Origin: an uncultured bacterium
GTDB taxonomy: Bacteria > Zixibacteria > MSB-5A5 > CAIYYT01
Length of the DNA: 64,000 nt
Direction of reading: 5' to 3'
Assembly (NCBI GenBank): GCA_963726455.1
Contig: CAVSCK010000005.1
Coordinates: 416,001-480,000 of the forward strand
Every line of letters starts with the position of its first letter. The stretch's first letter is position 1. The translations under genes were made by a program, and so were the position numbers. The notes beneath the pieces are model-generated. The model made no database searches. It worked only from the letters and a program-made list of their open reading frames with translations, and was not told the DNA's origin. Shown in pieces: positions 54,612 through 64,000 of the stretch.

Positions 54612-55297
54612 ACGATCTGATTCTGTCAATCGGCACGTCGCTCTGGCTCGGTATTCTCACATCGATCAGTCCCTGTCCTCTGGCGACCAACATTGCCGCG
54701 ATCTCATTCGTCACCCGACGCGTCGGTCAGTCACGCCAGGTTCTGATTTCAGGATTGCTGTACACCGCAGGCCGGGTGATCGCATACGGCGCTCTGGGTG
54801 TCATCATTACTGCCGGCATACTTTCGATGTCCGACATTTCCCTCACGCTGCAGCGTTACATGAATCGGCTGCTCGGGCCGCTGCTAATATTGGTTGGGAT
54901 GTTCCTGCTGGAATTGCTCAGTTTCGGCGGCAAGGGTGCCAGCGTCTCCGACAAGATGCAGCGCCGAGTGGAGCGGATGGGCATGTGGGGCGCTTTGCCG
55001 CTCGGCTTTGTTTTTGCTCTCACCTTCTGTCCCGTATCAGCGGCACTCTTCTTCGGCAGCTTGATTCCGCTCTCGGTTGAATCCAATTCTGTGCTGATGC
55101 TGCCATCACTGTTCGGCATCGGCACCGCCTTGCCGGTGATCACTTTTGCCGTGGCGCTGGCTATCAGCGTAAATACCGCCGCGAAATTGTTCGAGCATAC
55201 CAGGAAAGTTGAGTGGTGGGCCCGCCGCGTGACCGGAATCGTCTTGATCCTGGTGGGTATCTACCTCTGCCTGCGCTACATCTTCGATATCCTTTAG
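54608..55297 (+). CDS. ArsG-like (CcdA/DsbD-fold) membrane protein
   Basis: TSISPCPLATNIAA and FALTFCPVSAALFF motifs. Confidence 0.85.
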   Translation: MNDLILSIGTSLWLGILTSISPCPLATNIAAISFVTRRVGQSRQVLISGLLYTAGRVIAYGALGVIITAGILSMSDISLTLQRYMNRLLGPLLILVGMFLLELLSFGGKGASVSDKMQRRVERMGMWGALPLGFVFALTFCPVSAALFFGSLIPLSVESNSVLMLPSLFGIGTALPVITFAVALAISVNTAAKLFEHTRKVEWWARRVTGIVLILVGIYLCLRYIFDIL

Positions 55298-56013
55298 TGC
55301 GCCCCGATATATGCGCCATTACGTAAGAACGGCGCACACTCGGAGACATCGATCTCCGCCGCCAGGTTGATGTCTGATCCGAAACCGATATCGATCATTT
55401 CTTTGCCTGATGCGCATCTTCGCAGGGTCTCCAGGGGATTTCTCTTCACTGACTCGAAGGCCGCGACGGCAATCTCCGCTTCCGGGGAACGTGAACCGGT
55501 TAACCGCGACACGATTGCCCCGGCACCGATAAGATCTTCGATTGCGAATCGCAAACTTCCATCCGGCCATTTCTCACCGGCCGATATCACGGCGATTCTC
55601 TTGCCCAGCTTCTGCGCTGCTGCCGCCACTGATGCTGCATTGCGGGGACAGCCCGCAAACGTCGGCAGGTTGCCCGTTGCCGTGCTAAGTGTTGATCCGT
55701 TTGGCGAAGGCAAGATCAATCGCGTCCCAGCCGGAATCTTCTGCAGGGAAACCGGCGACAAGGAATAGCCACCTTGCGCTTCACGACGGGATTTCGCCAC
55801 CACACCGCCGATTGATTCGGCAAAGACCGAGGAGGACATATCGCGCCACCGATACGGATAGACAACAGCACCCCGGCTTACGGCCACGTCCACGCAGGTC
55901 GAAAATGAAAGGATGTCTACGATGATTATCGCATCACATTGAGGAGCCAACGCCTCTATGCCTGCCAGCCCCCACTCGCACTTGATATCAAATTCGCTTT
56001 GATCGACAAACAT
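55294..56013 (-). CDS. 2-phosphosulfolactate phosphatase (ComB) family protein
   Basis: IVDILSFST, SLSP, SPNGS, AGEKW and EDLIGAG motifs. Confidence 0.88.
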   Translation of the reverse strand: MFVDQSEFDIKCEWGLAGIEALAPQCDAIIIVDILSFSTCVDVAVSRGAVVYPYRWRDMSSSVFAESIGGVVAKSRREAQGGYSLSPVSLQKIPAGTRLILPSPNGSTLSTATGNLPTFAGCPRNAASVAAAAQKLGKRIAVISAGEKWPDGSLRFAIEDLIGAGAIVSRLTGSRSPEAEIAVAAFESVKRNPLETLRRCASGKEMIDIGFGSDINLAAEIDVSECAPFLRNGAYIGAH

Positions 56014-56062
56014 TAGCTTGAAATTGCAGATTGTGAATAGTTATTGGGTGCCGCCGGCCGTA

Positions 56063-57217
56063 TCACGCACTCGGCGTCGGAGCTTTCTTCCGAAACATCA
56101 CCATTGTGAGTGCTCCCGCTCCGATTGCCCAGGCCACGAAATACACCACCCAGCCCAAGATCGGTATCTTGTAGCCGAGAGCCAATAGAATCATTCCCAC
56201 TAAGAGTGACCAACCGAGCGATATCCTGCCCTCCCTCTTGACCAAACGCAGTAACACCAGACCGAGTGTGATGGCCACAATAATGCGCGAAATCAGAAAC
56301 ATTAGAAAATAGATGGAAAGTCCCGCGAACGTGATCGGCAAACCGACGAACGTGAATCCGATTAAGATCAGCGCGATTGGTATGACGATTATGACAGCGA
56401 CTCCGATCAGTCCATCCAGTGCCGCATTCTTCTTGACTTCCTCAATGACCATCACGACTCCCTCACGCCTGATCAATATTACCAGAGCTCCCAGCACCAA
56501 CGAGCCGCCCAGGAAGATCAGCGACCACATCAGACCTGACGGAAAAGGGACATAGGAATTCGACTCCGCCGATTCCGATGATTTCTTTTTCCACTTCACC
56601 CCGCCATTGATCTGCGCTTCCGGAGCGATGCTGCCCTTGTTCTTTGAGGTGTAGTTTAGCTCTCCCCCGATTATGGCATCAGGCGTTACCGAAACATGAT
56701 CCGCCTTGATTCTGACATCGCCGTTTATCCGGCCGGCTATCGTCACAGTGCCGCCGCTGGCATACACTTTACCGTCAACTGTCCCGTCGATATAGACCTC
56801 GGCCCCGAACATGGCCAGATCCCTGCCCACGGTGGCATCGTTGCCTAGCGTCAAGTCGGCGCCAAATGCGATCAGGTCGCCATCCACCCGCGACATAACA
56901 TTGACTGTCTCCCCGAAAGCCCGCAACGAACGGCAGATTTCGCCATTGATACTGATCTTCTGTGCGCCGGCATTTACGTTGCCGTCGACGGTGCCGTTAA
57001 TAGTGACGTAGCGCGCCGCCGTCAGTACATCGCCGGTAATATTGCCGTCAAAATTGACCGTCGTCCCGGTGAGAAACAGGTCTTCTTGATAATCGCCGGT
57101 GATATAAACATCGGTGGCGGTCTTCAGTTGCAGAGCTGAAACCGGTAAGACGTTGACAAAGAGCAACGTCAACGCCAAGCTTATTGTGCGAATCGAAGCC
57201 ATCATTGTTCCCGTCAT
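56063..57217 (-). CDS. Membrane protein with bactofilin-like beta-helix repeats
   Basis: Signal peptide, repeated I.G.V.GD/N units, C-terminal multi-TM domain. Confidence 0.82.
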   Translation of the reverse strand: MTGTMMASIRTISLALTLLFVNVLPVSALQLKTATDVYITGDYQEDLFLTGTTVNFDGNITGDVLTAARYVTINGTVDGNVNAGAQKISINGEICRSLRAFGETVNVMSRVDGDLIAFGADLTLGNDATVGRDLAMFGAEVYIDGTVDGKVYASGGTVTIAGRINGDVRIKADHVSVTPDAIIGGELNYTSKNKGSIAPEAQINGGVKWKKKSSESAESNSYVPFPSGLMWSLIFLGGSLVLGALVILIRREGVVMVIEEVKKNAALDGLIGVAVIIVIPIALILIGFTFVGLPITFAGLSIYFLMFLISRIIVAITLGLVLLRLVKREGRISLGWSLLVGMILLALGYKIPILGWVVYFVAWAIGAGALTMVMFRKKAPTPSA

Positions 57218-57425
57218 TGTCAGTACATCGCTAGCTTATTGAACGTAGCCGCAGCCCGTAAGTTACGTAGCAATATCAGTGCGGCTGACTTTCGACAATG
57301 GGTAAACATGGCGTTACGTTTAGGCAAGGAGAATTTTGCGGCCTGGCTGCGGGCACAAACCGGTTGACTTCGGCCGGCAATTTGTTAAAATATCGCGATT
57401 CTATTGATTAACTTTGGAGGAAACC

Positions 57426-57899
57426 TTGAAAAAGACCGTCCTTTTGCTTCTGTTTGGCATTGCCACCCTTTCTACTCTGTGGCTGGCCGGCTGCGCTTCC
57501 GAACCCGCCCCGACGCAGAAGCTTTACACCGATTCCAAGATGATGTGGGATGAAGTCAACCGTGCCTTTACGCTGCCCGGTCGCTCGCCTGAACGCGTTG
57601 ACCTGATGAACAAAATCCTCAGTGAAAAGTGGGACGTTCAAATTGTCAGTAATCTTCAACAATACCTCAAGGATGCCCCTAACGGCAAATACGCCAAAGA
57701 GGCCACCGACTTGCTGGAAAAGGCGCGGCAATCAGACAAGTTGCGCATGCTGGCTCAGGTTCGGCCAATGCTGGAGCAGCAAGGCATCCCCAAAACCGCC
57801 GCAGAATCTGACTCTGTTGCGGCCCGCCTGAATCGGGAGCGTATGCAGCAGTCCGGTTCCGATACCGCCGCCAAACCGGCGACTACCGGCGGCCAATAG
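57426..57899 (+). CDS. Hypothetical lipoprotein
   Basis: GGAGG RBS plus TTG start, lipobox LAGC, YLKDAPNGKYAKEA. Confidence 0.75.
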   Translation: MKKTVLLLLFGIATLSTLWLAGCASEPAPTQKLYTDSKMMWDEVNRAFTLPGRSPERVDLMNKILSEKWDVQIVSNLQQYLKDAPNGKYAKEATDLLEKARQSDKLRMLAQVRPMLEQQGIPKTAAESDSVAARLNRERMQQSGSDTAAKPATTGGQ

Positions 57900-57926
57900 C
57901 GGTTTACGCATATTCCTGGACTTTTC

Positions 57927-57960
57927 AGCCCACGTCACCACAGGGCGTGGGCTCTTCTCT
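57927..57960 (+). terminator. Intrinsic terminator
   Basis: AGCCCACG...CGTGGGCT followed by CTTCTCT. Confidence 0.55.
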
Positions 57961-58096
57961 GCCTAAGGGAATTTGATTAAGGCGGTTTTCCGAAATCATA
58001 CCCCGGTTTCCGGTGTTTCCAGTCCACCAAATTTCTTTGCATTTTCTCCGAAATGAATTAGATTGACCTCTGTACTACTGGCCGACTGGGAGTCAT

Positions 58097-59302
58097 ATGT
58101 TTCAGTTCGCGCTGCTGACACTATCGGCGGTAGTCATACTTGTTTCCTCTCTTTTCGGCGGAGTCCTGAAAGTCCCCGCCCAATACTCCACAATACAGGC
58201 TGGAATTGTCGCCGCGAAAAATAGCGATACGGTTTTGGTCTCGCCCGGCATCTACTATGAAAACATCAAGTTCCTGGGGAAGAAGATCGTGGTAGCATCG
58301 CGCTACATCATCGACAAGAATCCCAACACGATTCGCGGTACCGTCATTGATGGCAGTCGTCCTGTCCATTCCGATTCGGCCTCGGTTGTGTTATTCAAGT
58401 CTACTGAGGATTCCACCAGCGTATTGTGTGGCTTTACACTGATCAATGGCGTCGGCACCATTATGCCCGGCACGTTTGTCGGCGGCGGTATACTTGTCAC
58501 CGGCGGAAGCGCCCCTACGATCAAATACAACATCATTCGCAACAACAGCGCCATCTCCGGCGGCGGAATAGCCGTTCGTTTCGGATTTCCAACAATCGCC
58601 AACAATGCCATTGTCGCCAACGTGGCCAACAACGGCGGCGGCATCTGGTTGGAAAACGGCCAGGTCATTGTCACACATAATGTGATTCGCCAGAATGTTG
58701 CCGATGCCAATGGCGGCGGAGTTGTCGTCAAAGCCGCGGCGCTCCTGTTCTTCAACAACTCGGTCACGGATAATCTCGCAACCCAGGGCGGCGGTGTCTA
58801 CTGTGACAGCGGCTTCTGGGACATTGGCTTTAACAATTTCTTCCGCAACACCGGTGGCAATTTCGTGGGTTGCGGCAGCCCTGGCCTTGGCGATAACACC
58901 CGCACCAAGAATTTCAATCTCGATTCCGCCGATGACTATCAGAATATCTTTATTGAACCTCTCTATACGAATCCTGCCGCCCACGATTATTCGTTATCCT
59001 GCCAGTCCCGCCTGATTGATGCCGGCGCTGCGATTCCAGCAACCTATCCGCTGGGTGGCGCACGCGAGGATATCGGCATGTTCGAGTATCCCTATCGTGT
59101 CGGCGATCTCACCGGTGACGGCAGAGTTAACGTCGCCGATGCGACCGCCCTTATTAACATCATCTTCCTGGATACGCCGATTCCCTGTCCAATCTATTCC
59201 GCCGACGCCGACTGCGACCGCATGATTACGATCGCTGACGTCATCGCCATGATCAACTACTGGATGGGAATTTCCCAGACTTCCTGCCTGTTTATCCGGT
59301 AA
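58097..59302 (+). CDS. Secreted right-handed beta-helix protein with C-terminal dockerin
   Basis: VPAQYSTIQAGI..DTVLVSPGIYYENI, repeated GGGI/N.A..GGG units, GDLTGDGRVNVAD dockerin. Confidence 0.88.
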   Translation: MFQFALLTLSAVVILVSSLFGGVLKVPAQYSTIQAGIVAAKNSDTVLVSPGIYYENIKFLGKKIVVASRYIIDKNPNTIRGTVIDGSRPVHSDSASVVLFKSTEDSTSVLCGFTLINGVGTIMPGTFVGGGILVTGGSAPTIKYNIIRNNSAISGGGIAVRFGFPTIANNAIVANVANNGGGIWLENGQVIVTHNVIRQNVADANGGGVVVKAAALLFFNNSVTDNLATQGGGVYCDSGFWDIGFNNFFRNTGGNFVGCGSPGLGDNTRTKNFNLDSADDYQNIFIEPLYTNPAAHDYSLSCQSRLIDAGAAIPATYPLGGAREDIGMFEYPYRVGDLTGDGRVNVADATALINIIFLDTPIPCPIYSADADCDRMITIADVIAMINYWMGISQTSCLFIR

Positions 59303-59395
59303 CGCTGAGCCAATAATAGGATCGCGTCAACTTGTCATTACGAGAAGTGTATTGGTGAGGTGTAATTAGCGAGGGCACGACCGAGCAATCTGACT

Positions 59396-59435
59396 CAAAA
59401 TAAGAACGCCGGCAGGTGACCCCTCCTACCGGCGT
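59396..59435 (-). terminator. Intrinsic terminator of the PDZ gene
   Basis: ACGCCGG..CCGGCGT hairpin with a T-rich tail on the minus strand. Confidence 0.55.
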
Positions 59436-59508
59436 ATCCACGAATGAAAGGATGGATGTCGTGATCCTTTCTGGCGTTTCTATACCACTGACCTATGTCA
59501 GCTAGTTG

Positions 59509-60438
59509 CTATTTCATTTTGCTTTCCAACTGGTCCAGTTTGCGCTGCATTTCATCCAACTTGTGCTGCAAATCATCCAGTTTCTGCTGCATCTGAGTGT
59601 TGTCGGGGTTGTAATTATACATCGGCATCGGCGTGTTCATGCCGCCATGGAAATACGGCATCAACTGCTCCAGGTCGTCGACCGAGCCAAAGCTGTCAAT
59701 CTCGCCCACTTCCACACTGAAACTTTTTTCGGCCTTATCTCTTACGACAACCAGATCAACCTTGTCCCCCTTCTTCATCTCATGAATAGCCGAACTGACA
59801 TCGCTCGGTCCCTCAACCGACTTGTCGTCAACTTTCACGATAACATCGCCGACCTTAAGACCGGCCTTCTCAGCGGGGGTATCTTTGGCGACATCGGTGA
59901 TCAGCGCTCCGTTACCGTCTCTAACCCCAAAATAATCTCCCAGTTTGCCCGCCAGTGGCTCCATCGAAACACCGATTCCCGGCATCTTGCCGATTGTATT
60001 CTGTAATTGCTTCAGGTATCGCTCGCGCGTGCCTCCCCTTGACGAAAGATCTTGCTCACTCCGTTCACCGATCGTTACCGTGACGTCCATTTCTTTGCCG
60101 CCACGACTGATTGTCAGCTTCGCGTTGTCTCCAACTTTACTGTCACCAACCAGTTCAGTGAGTGTCTGCGAATTGTCAACTGTCGCGCCGTTCCATGCCA
60201 AAATAACGTCCTTGGGCTGCAAACCTGCCTTGTCTGCCGGTGAATCATGAGCGACGTCGTTTATCACCACTCCCTTATTCACCGAGAGACCAAATGCCTC
60301 CGCGAGATCGGGGGTCACATCCTGCATATAGACACCTATCCAGGGTTTGCCGGCGGCGTACAGTTGCTGCGCGCTCAACACAGCGGCAAACATCAGCACT
60401 GCTATGACAATGAGGTGTTTTCGGTTAAGAGGCTTCAT
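59509..60438 (-). CDS. Secreted tandem-PDZ protein without a protease domain
   Basis: PWIGV...SPADKAGL..DVI and GIGV...TPAEKAGLKVGDVI, C-terminal coiled coil. No GNSGG motif. Confidence 0.88.
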   Translation of the reverse strand: MKPLNRKHLIVIAVLMFAAVLSAQQLYAAGKPWIGVYMQDVTPDLAEAFGLSVNKGVVINDVAHDSPADKAGLQPKDVILAWNGATVDNSQTLTELVGDSKVGDNAKLTISRGGKEMDVTVTIGERSEQDLSSRGGTRERYLKQLQNTIGKMPGIGVSMEPLAGKLGDYFGVRDGNGALITDVAKDTPAEKAGLKVGDVIVKVDDKSVEGPSDVSSAIHEMKKGDKVDLVVVRDKAEKSFSVEVGEIDSFGSVDDLEQLMPYFHGGMNTPMPMYNYNPDNTQMQQKLDDLQHKLDEMQRKLDQLESKMK

Positions 60439-60619
60439 GAGCTCTCCTTTCTTACTCCTTGTTATATTTTCTTACTGGTTGCCCAGTAAATTAGTTCCAG
60501 ATTGTTGTGGTCTTCTTGACCCTTCATACTTCCGTCCTCCAGTGGGGCGAAGTTCGTTGTTTGGGAGCCGCTTGCGGCAGGATTCGCCAGGCACTATATT
60601 GCCGTCGAGGTTATACGTT

Positions 60620-61843
60620 ATGGCACAAACCCAGCGAGACATCTACTTCGACCACGCCGCGACTACCCCTGTCGACCCAAGAGTACTAGAGGCGATGCTC
60701 CCATACTTTACCGAACGCTTCGGAAATCCTTCCTCGCATATCCATTCCAAAGGAGTTCAGGCCAATCAGGCGTTGGACGAATCACGCGCTGCTGTTGCAC
60801 GACTGATTAATGCCAGTCCGGAGACTATCATCTTCACGTCCGGAGCTACCGAAGCCAACAATCTGGCCATCAGCGGTTACTTGTCCGCTAATCCCAACCG
60901 AGGCAAACACTTAATTATATCGGAGATTGAGCACTACTCCGTGATAAACCTCTGCTTGAAACTCAAGCGTGAGGGCTATGACCTTACGTTACTTAAGGTT
61001 GATCAAAGCGGGTTAGTGAATCCTAACAAACTTCAGGCCGCCATACGCCCTGACACCGCCGTCATTTCGATCCAGCATGCCTCCTCAGAAATCGGCACGA
61101 TTCAGAATATCAAGGATTTAGCGGCTATCGCACGAACGTCGAATGTCTACTTCCATTCGGACGCGGCCGCTTCGGCAGGCAACATTGCGGTAGATGTTGA
61201 CACCCTCCGCGTAGACGCTCTGACCTTTTCGGCACACAACTTCTATGGTCCCAAAGGCGTCGGCGCGCTTTATCTCCGGCCTGGAGTAAATTTGGCAACG
61301 CAGTTAATCGGTGGATTCCAGGAGCACGGCTATCGTTCCGGCACCGAGAACCTGTTGGGAATTGTTGGGATGGCAAAGGCAGCCGAGTTGGCAATCGCAG
61401 AAATGCCTGAGCGAATTGCGCACCTGACAAAATTGCAGGAGCGTCTCTGGCAAGGGCTGTCCAAGAAATATGACTTCTTGCACTTCACCGGCCACAAGAC
61501 CCAGCGTCTGCCCGGGCACGTCAGCTTCTGGATGGAATACATTGAGGGTGAATCTCTGCTGCTCTTCCTCAATGTCTATGGTATCCAAACGGCTTCCGGC
61601 AGCGCCTGTGCCTCGAATATGCGCGGTCGTGACGAAACCGATCTGGCTGCCTCCCATGTGCTAACGGCTGTCGGCGTTCCGGCCGAATACTGCTCCGGTT
61701 CGCTGACCGTCTCGATGGGCAAGGGCAACACTGAAGACGAAGTCGACTACTTTGTTGAGGTCTTTCCACAGGTGGTCGACCGGCTATTGGCTATGTCCCC
61801 ATTATGGGCAGATAAGCTTAAGGGAAAAAATCCGTATTCGTAA
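60620..61843 (+). CDS. iscS: IscS/NifS-like cysteine desulfurase homolog (PLP Lys replaced by Asn)
   Basis: YFDHAATTP, GNPSS, FTSGATEANN, EHYSV, SAHNFYGPKG, RSGTEN and GSACAS motifs. Confidence 0.88.
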   Translation: MAQTQRDIYFDHAATTPVDPRVLEAMLPYFTERFGNPSSHIHSKGVQANQALDESRAAVARLINASPETIIFTSGATEANNLAISGYLSANPNRGKHLIISEIEHYSVINLCLKLKREGYDLTLLKVDQSGLVNPNKLQAAIRPDTAVISIQHASSEIGTIQNIKDLAAIARTSNVYFHSDAAASAGNIAVDVDTLRVDALTFSAHNFYGPKGVGALYLRPGVNLATQLIGGFQEHGYRSGTENLLGIVGMAKAAELAIAEMPERIAHLTKLQERLWQGLSKKYDFLHFTGHKTQRLPGHVSFWMEYIEGESLLLFLNVYGIQTASGSACASNMRGRDETDLAASHVLTAVGVPAEYCSGSLTVSMGKGNTEDEVDYFVEVFPQVVDRLLAMSPLWADKLKGKNPYS

Positions 61844-61897
61844 TGTGGCGGGGCCGAATCCTGCCATAGGACAAAAAAACTTCATAGGGAGGTATTC

Positions 61898-62512
61898 ATG
61901 AAGAAGCCGGTTTATTTAGCATTGGCTCTTTGTTTATGCGTTGGCTCGCTTCAAGCACAGAATGGGCATCGGCCGACATTTTATCTTAACACGGGCATGA
62001 CCATTCCTTCATCACCGTTCGCCTTTGACTACTTATGGAGCACAGGCCCCAATTTCGGCGCCGGGATCGGCTACTTAGTAGCTCCGATTGTCACCGTTCA
62101 GGGTTACCTTGATTACAGCCACCTGCCAATGAATGATCTGGCATTCATGGGTGCTTATGGTCTCCCAGGCGACGTTAAGAGCATGAGTGGTGGAGCCACG
62201 TCGATCTTCACTCTCTCGGCCAATATTAAGCTGGACATGCGACCTATGGATATGCCCGCCTGGCCATACTTTATCGTAGGCGTCAGCTATTTCCGGGTTT
62301 CGATTCACGATGTGAAATACAACCTCCAGAGCGTCTCCCAAAAGTGGATAGGCAGTCACGAGAATGCTTTCGGCCTCAGCCTGGGGACGGGGGTCGAGAT
62401 CAAGATTCAAAGACGACTTACGGTATTCGCCGAAGGCAAATTGGGTATCGGCTACACGGAAGGCAGCCGGACACAGTACTTCCCACTCAAAGCCGGGATT
62501 TCGTTCCGATAG
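61898..62512 (+). CDS. Outer-membrane beta-barrel protein
   Basis: Signal peptide, alternating beta-strands (PYFIVGVSY), aromatic penultimate residue. Confidence 0.78.
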   Translation: MKKPVYLALALCLCVGSLQAQNGHRPTFYLNTGMTIPSSPFAFDYLWSTGPNFGAGIGYLVAPIVTVQGYLDYSHLPMNDLAFMGAYGLPGDVKSMSGGATSIFTLSANIKLDMRPMDMPAWPYFIVGVSYFRVSIHDVKYNLQSVSQKWIGSHENAFGLSLGTGVEIKIQRRLTVFAEGKLGIGYTEGSRTQYFPLKAGISFR

Positions 62513-62616
62513 CTTCGCCAAATAATCCAAGAAATCGGTACCTGACGGGCGTATTTTGACTAAATTACTGTCTGGAAAGATGTGCTTGGGATGGTAAATC
62601 ATTTTTCGGAGTTCTT

Positions 62617-63027
62617 ATGCCTGAAGGCGCCTCACCATATTCCCAGAAAGTAATGGACCATTTCATAAATCCGCGCAACATGGGGGAAATCGCCGATGCC
62701 ACAGTTGTCTCGGATGTCGGCAATCCCGCCTGCGGTGACATGATGCGGCTCTATCTCAAGATAGAAAATGGCGTGATCGTCGATGCCAAATTCAAGACCT
62801 TCGGCTGTGGCGCCGCGATTGCGACGTCGTCTATGTTAACCGAAATGCTCAAAGGCAAGACGCTCGAAGAAGCCAAGTCTATTTCCAACCAGGCGGTTGC
62901 CGAAGCGTTGGACGGACTGCCGCCGGTCAAAATGCACTGCTCGGTGATGGCCGAGGAAGCGCTGCTAAAAGCTCTGGAGATCTATTACGAGTCACATGGC
63001 CCCAAGCCAGATAGTTTCGAAGTCTAA
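62617..63027 (+). CDS. iscU: Fe-S cluster scaffold IscU/NifU-N
   Basis: [26 protein letters not shown] and LPPVKMHCS motifs. Confidence 0.95.
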   Translation: MPEGASPYSQKVMDHFINPRNMGEIADATVVSDVGNPACGDMMRLYLKIENGVIVDAKFKTFGCGAAIATSSMLTEMLKGKTLEEAKSISNQAVAEALDGLPPVKMHCSVMAEEALLKALEIYYESHGPKPDSFEV

Positions 63028-63044
63028 TCCTGTGGAGAGATAAT

Positions 63045-63543
63045 ATGCCCGATACCAAAAAGGAAATCGCCGAGATAATCAAGTTCGGTATCAAGACCGA
63101 AATCGAGGGACAAAACTTCTATTCCACGCTTGCGCAAAAGATCGTTCATCCGGACGCTCGCAAGAAGATCGAGCAATTGGCGGCCGACGAAGCCAATCAT
63201 GAACGCCGTCTGCGGAAACTGCACGACCGCTTTGTCGGCACGGAGGTAACTGATTTGCCCGAAAAAGGCCTCGGCATATTCAAGGATGCCTTTGGTGATA
63301 AGCCGCTGGCCGATAAAGACACCATGCGTCTGATCGCACTGGCGATGGAAGCCGAGCGTTTGTCTGCCAAGCACTACAAGATGGGCGAAGACAAGGCCGC
63401 AGATCTCTCGGTGCGAGAATGTCTTTGCCGAACTGGTTGCCGAAGAGGACGGCCATTACGCATGGCTGGCCGCAGAGCGAGAATCACTGCGCGGACACAC
63501 CGACTGGTTCAGTTATGACGGTTCCGCGATGATGGAGGAGTAA
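63045..63543 (+). CDS. Rubrerythrin/ferritin-like protein (one extra base near 63416)
   Basis: E..G..FY and LAADEANH. The second E..H motif (LVAEEDGH) continues in the +1 frame to TAA at 63543. Confidence 0.82.
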
Positions 63544-63605
63544 GGCCAATCGCGGGCAGAAGCAAAACCAAAGGGCAGAATACCCAGGGAAGGAGGCGCT
63601 CAGAG

Positions 63606-64000
63606 ATGACTCCGGAAATTTACGATATCACGATTGTTGGTGGCGGACCGGCCGGTCTGTTTGGTTCTTTCTATGCCGGGTTGCGCGACGCCAAGACCAA
63701 AATAATCGAAGCTACCAAGACTCTCGGCGGCGCATTGGTGCAGGAATATCCCAACGAAGTCTTGCGCGACGTCGCCGGTTTCGTGTTGATCACCGCTGAG
63801 AAACTTGCCGAACGCTTTATCGAGCAGGCGTCTGCCTATAATCACACGTTCTGCAAAGGTGAGAAAGTCACCGGTCTGGCCTTCGACAAGTCAGACAAGG
63901 TGTGGAAGGTAACTACGGACAAAGGCGAACACCTTTCCAAAGCCGTGGTGTTAGCCACCGGTAGTCTGCAAAACCTGAAGAAGAAACACGCCGCGCTACT
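63606..64000 (+). CDS. FAD-dependent oxidoreductase (YumC-type ferredoxin-NADP reductase/TrxB family), 3'-truncated
   Basis: YDITIVGGGPAGLFGSFYAGLR...LGG....YP...VVLATG. Absent from the ORF track because it runs off the window. Confidence 0.85.
   Translation, partial: MTPEIYDITIVGGGPAGLFGSFYAGLRDAKTKIIEATKTLGGALVQEYPNEVLRDVAGFVLITAEKLAERFIEQASAYNHTFCKGEKVTGLAFDKSDKVWKVTTDKGEHLSKAVVLATGSLQNLKKKHAAL

Noticed and set aside
59333-59391. GTCATTACGAG...GAGCAATCT, resembling a GTCATTGCGAG...GCAATC repeat family
   Set aside because: It is a single degenerate copy with no partner or associated nuclease gene in the window, too weak to call.

Overview
A roughly 55% GC bacterial chromosomal window. Five secreted proteins end in a GDANxDGxxDISDxVYLIxYIFxGG-type dockerin, which suggests candidate phylum Zixibacteria (inference). 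Core genes: recF-DUF721-gyrB-gyrA, lepB, secA, three tRNAs, tig-clpP-clpX-lon-engB-purA and iscS/iscU. Accessory genes: an NtrY/NtrX-like two-component pair, a gingipain-like C25 peptidase, an exosortase/EpsI/UbiA cluster, and an ~8.5 kb arsenic island (Cys-rich protein + ABC exporter, arsR-arsC-acr3, DUF1573, arsR-arsP-arsEFG-like). The most unusual signals are: (1) a REP-associated tyrosine transposase (RAYT) flanked by two 239-bp elements, with a third copy between clpX and lon, whose GTAG-footed REP stems enclose 82-88 nt loops; the 86-nt right loop keeps its length in all three copies while diverging heavily by substitution only; (2) a probable selenoprotein (DUF1573, in-frame UGA in a U-G-C-T motif followed by a SECIS-like hairpin) in the ars operon; (3) a tRNA-Leu with anticodon AAG; (4) an IscS homolog lacking the PLP-binding lysine. 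Frameshifts in gyrB, purA (two), a ferritin-like gene and a pfkB gene look like sequencing errors; four of the five fit a single GG->GAG insertion pattern.
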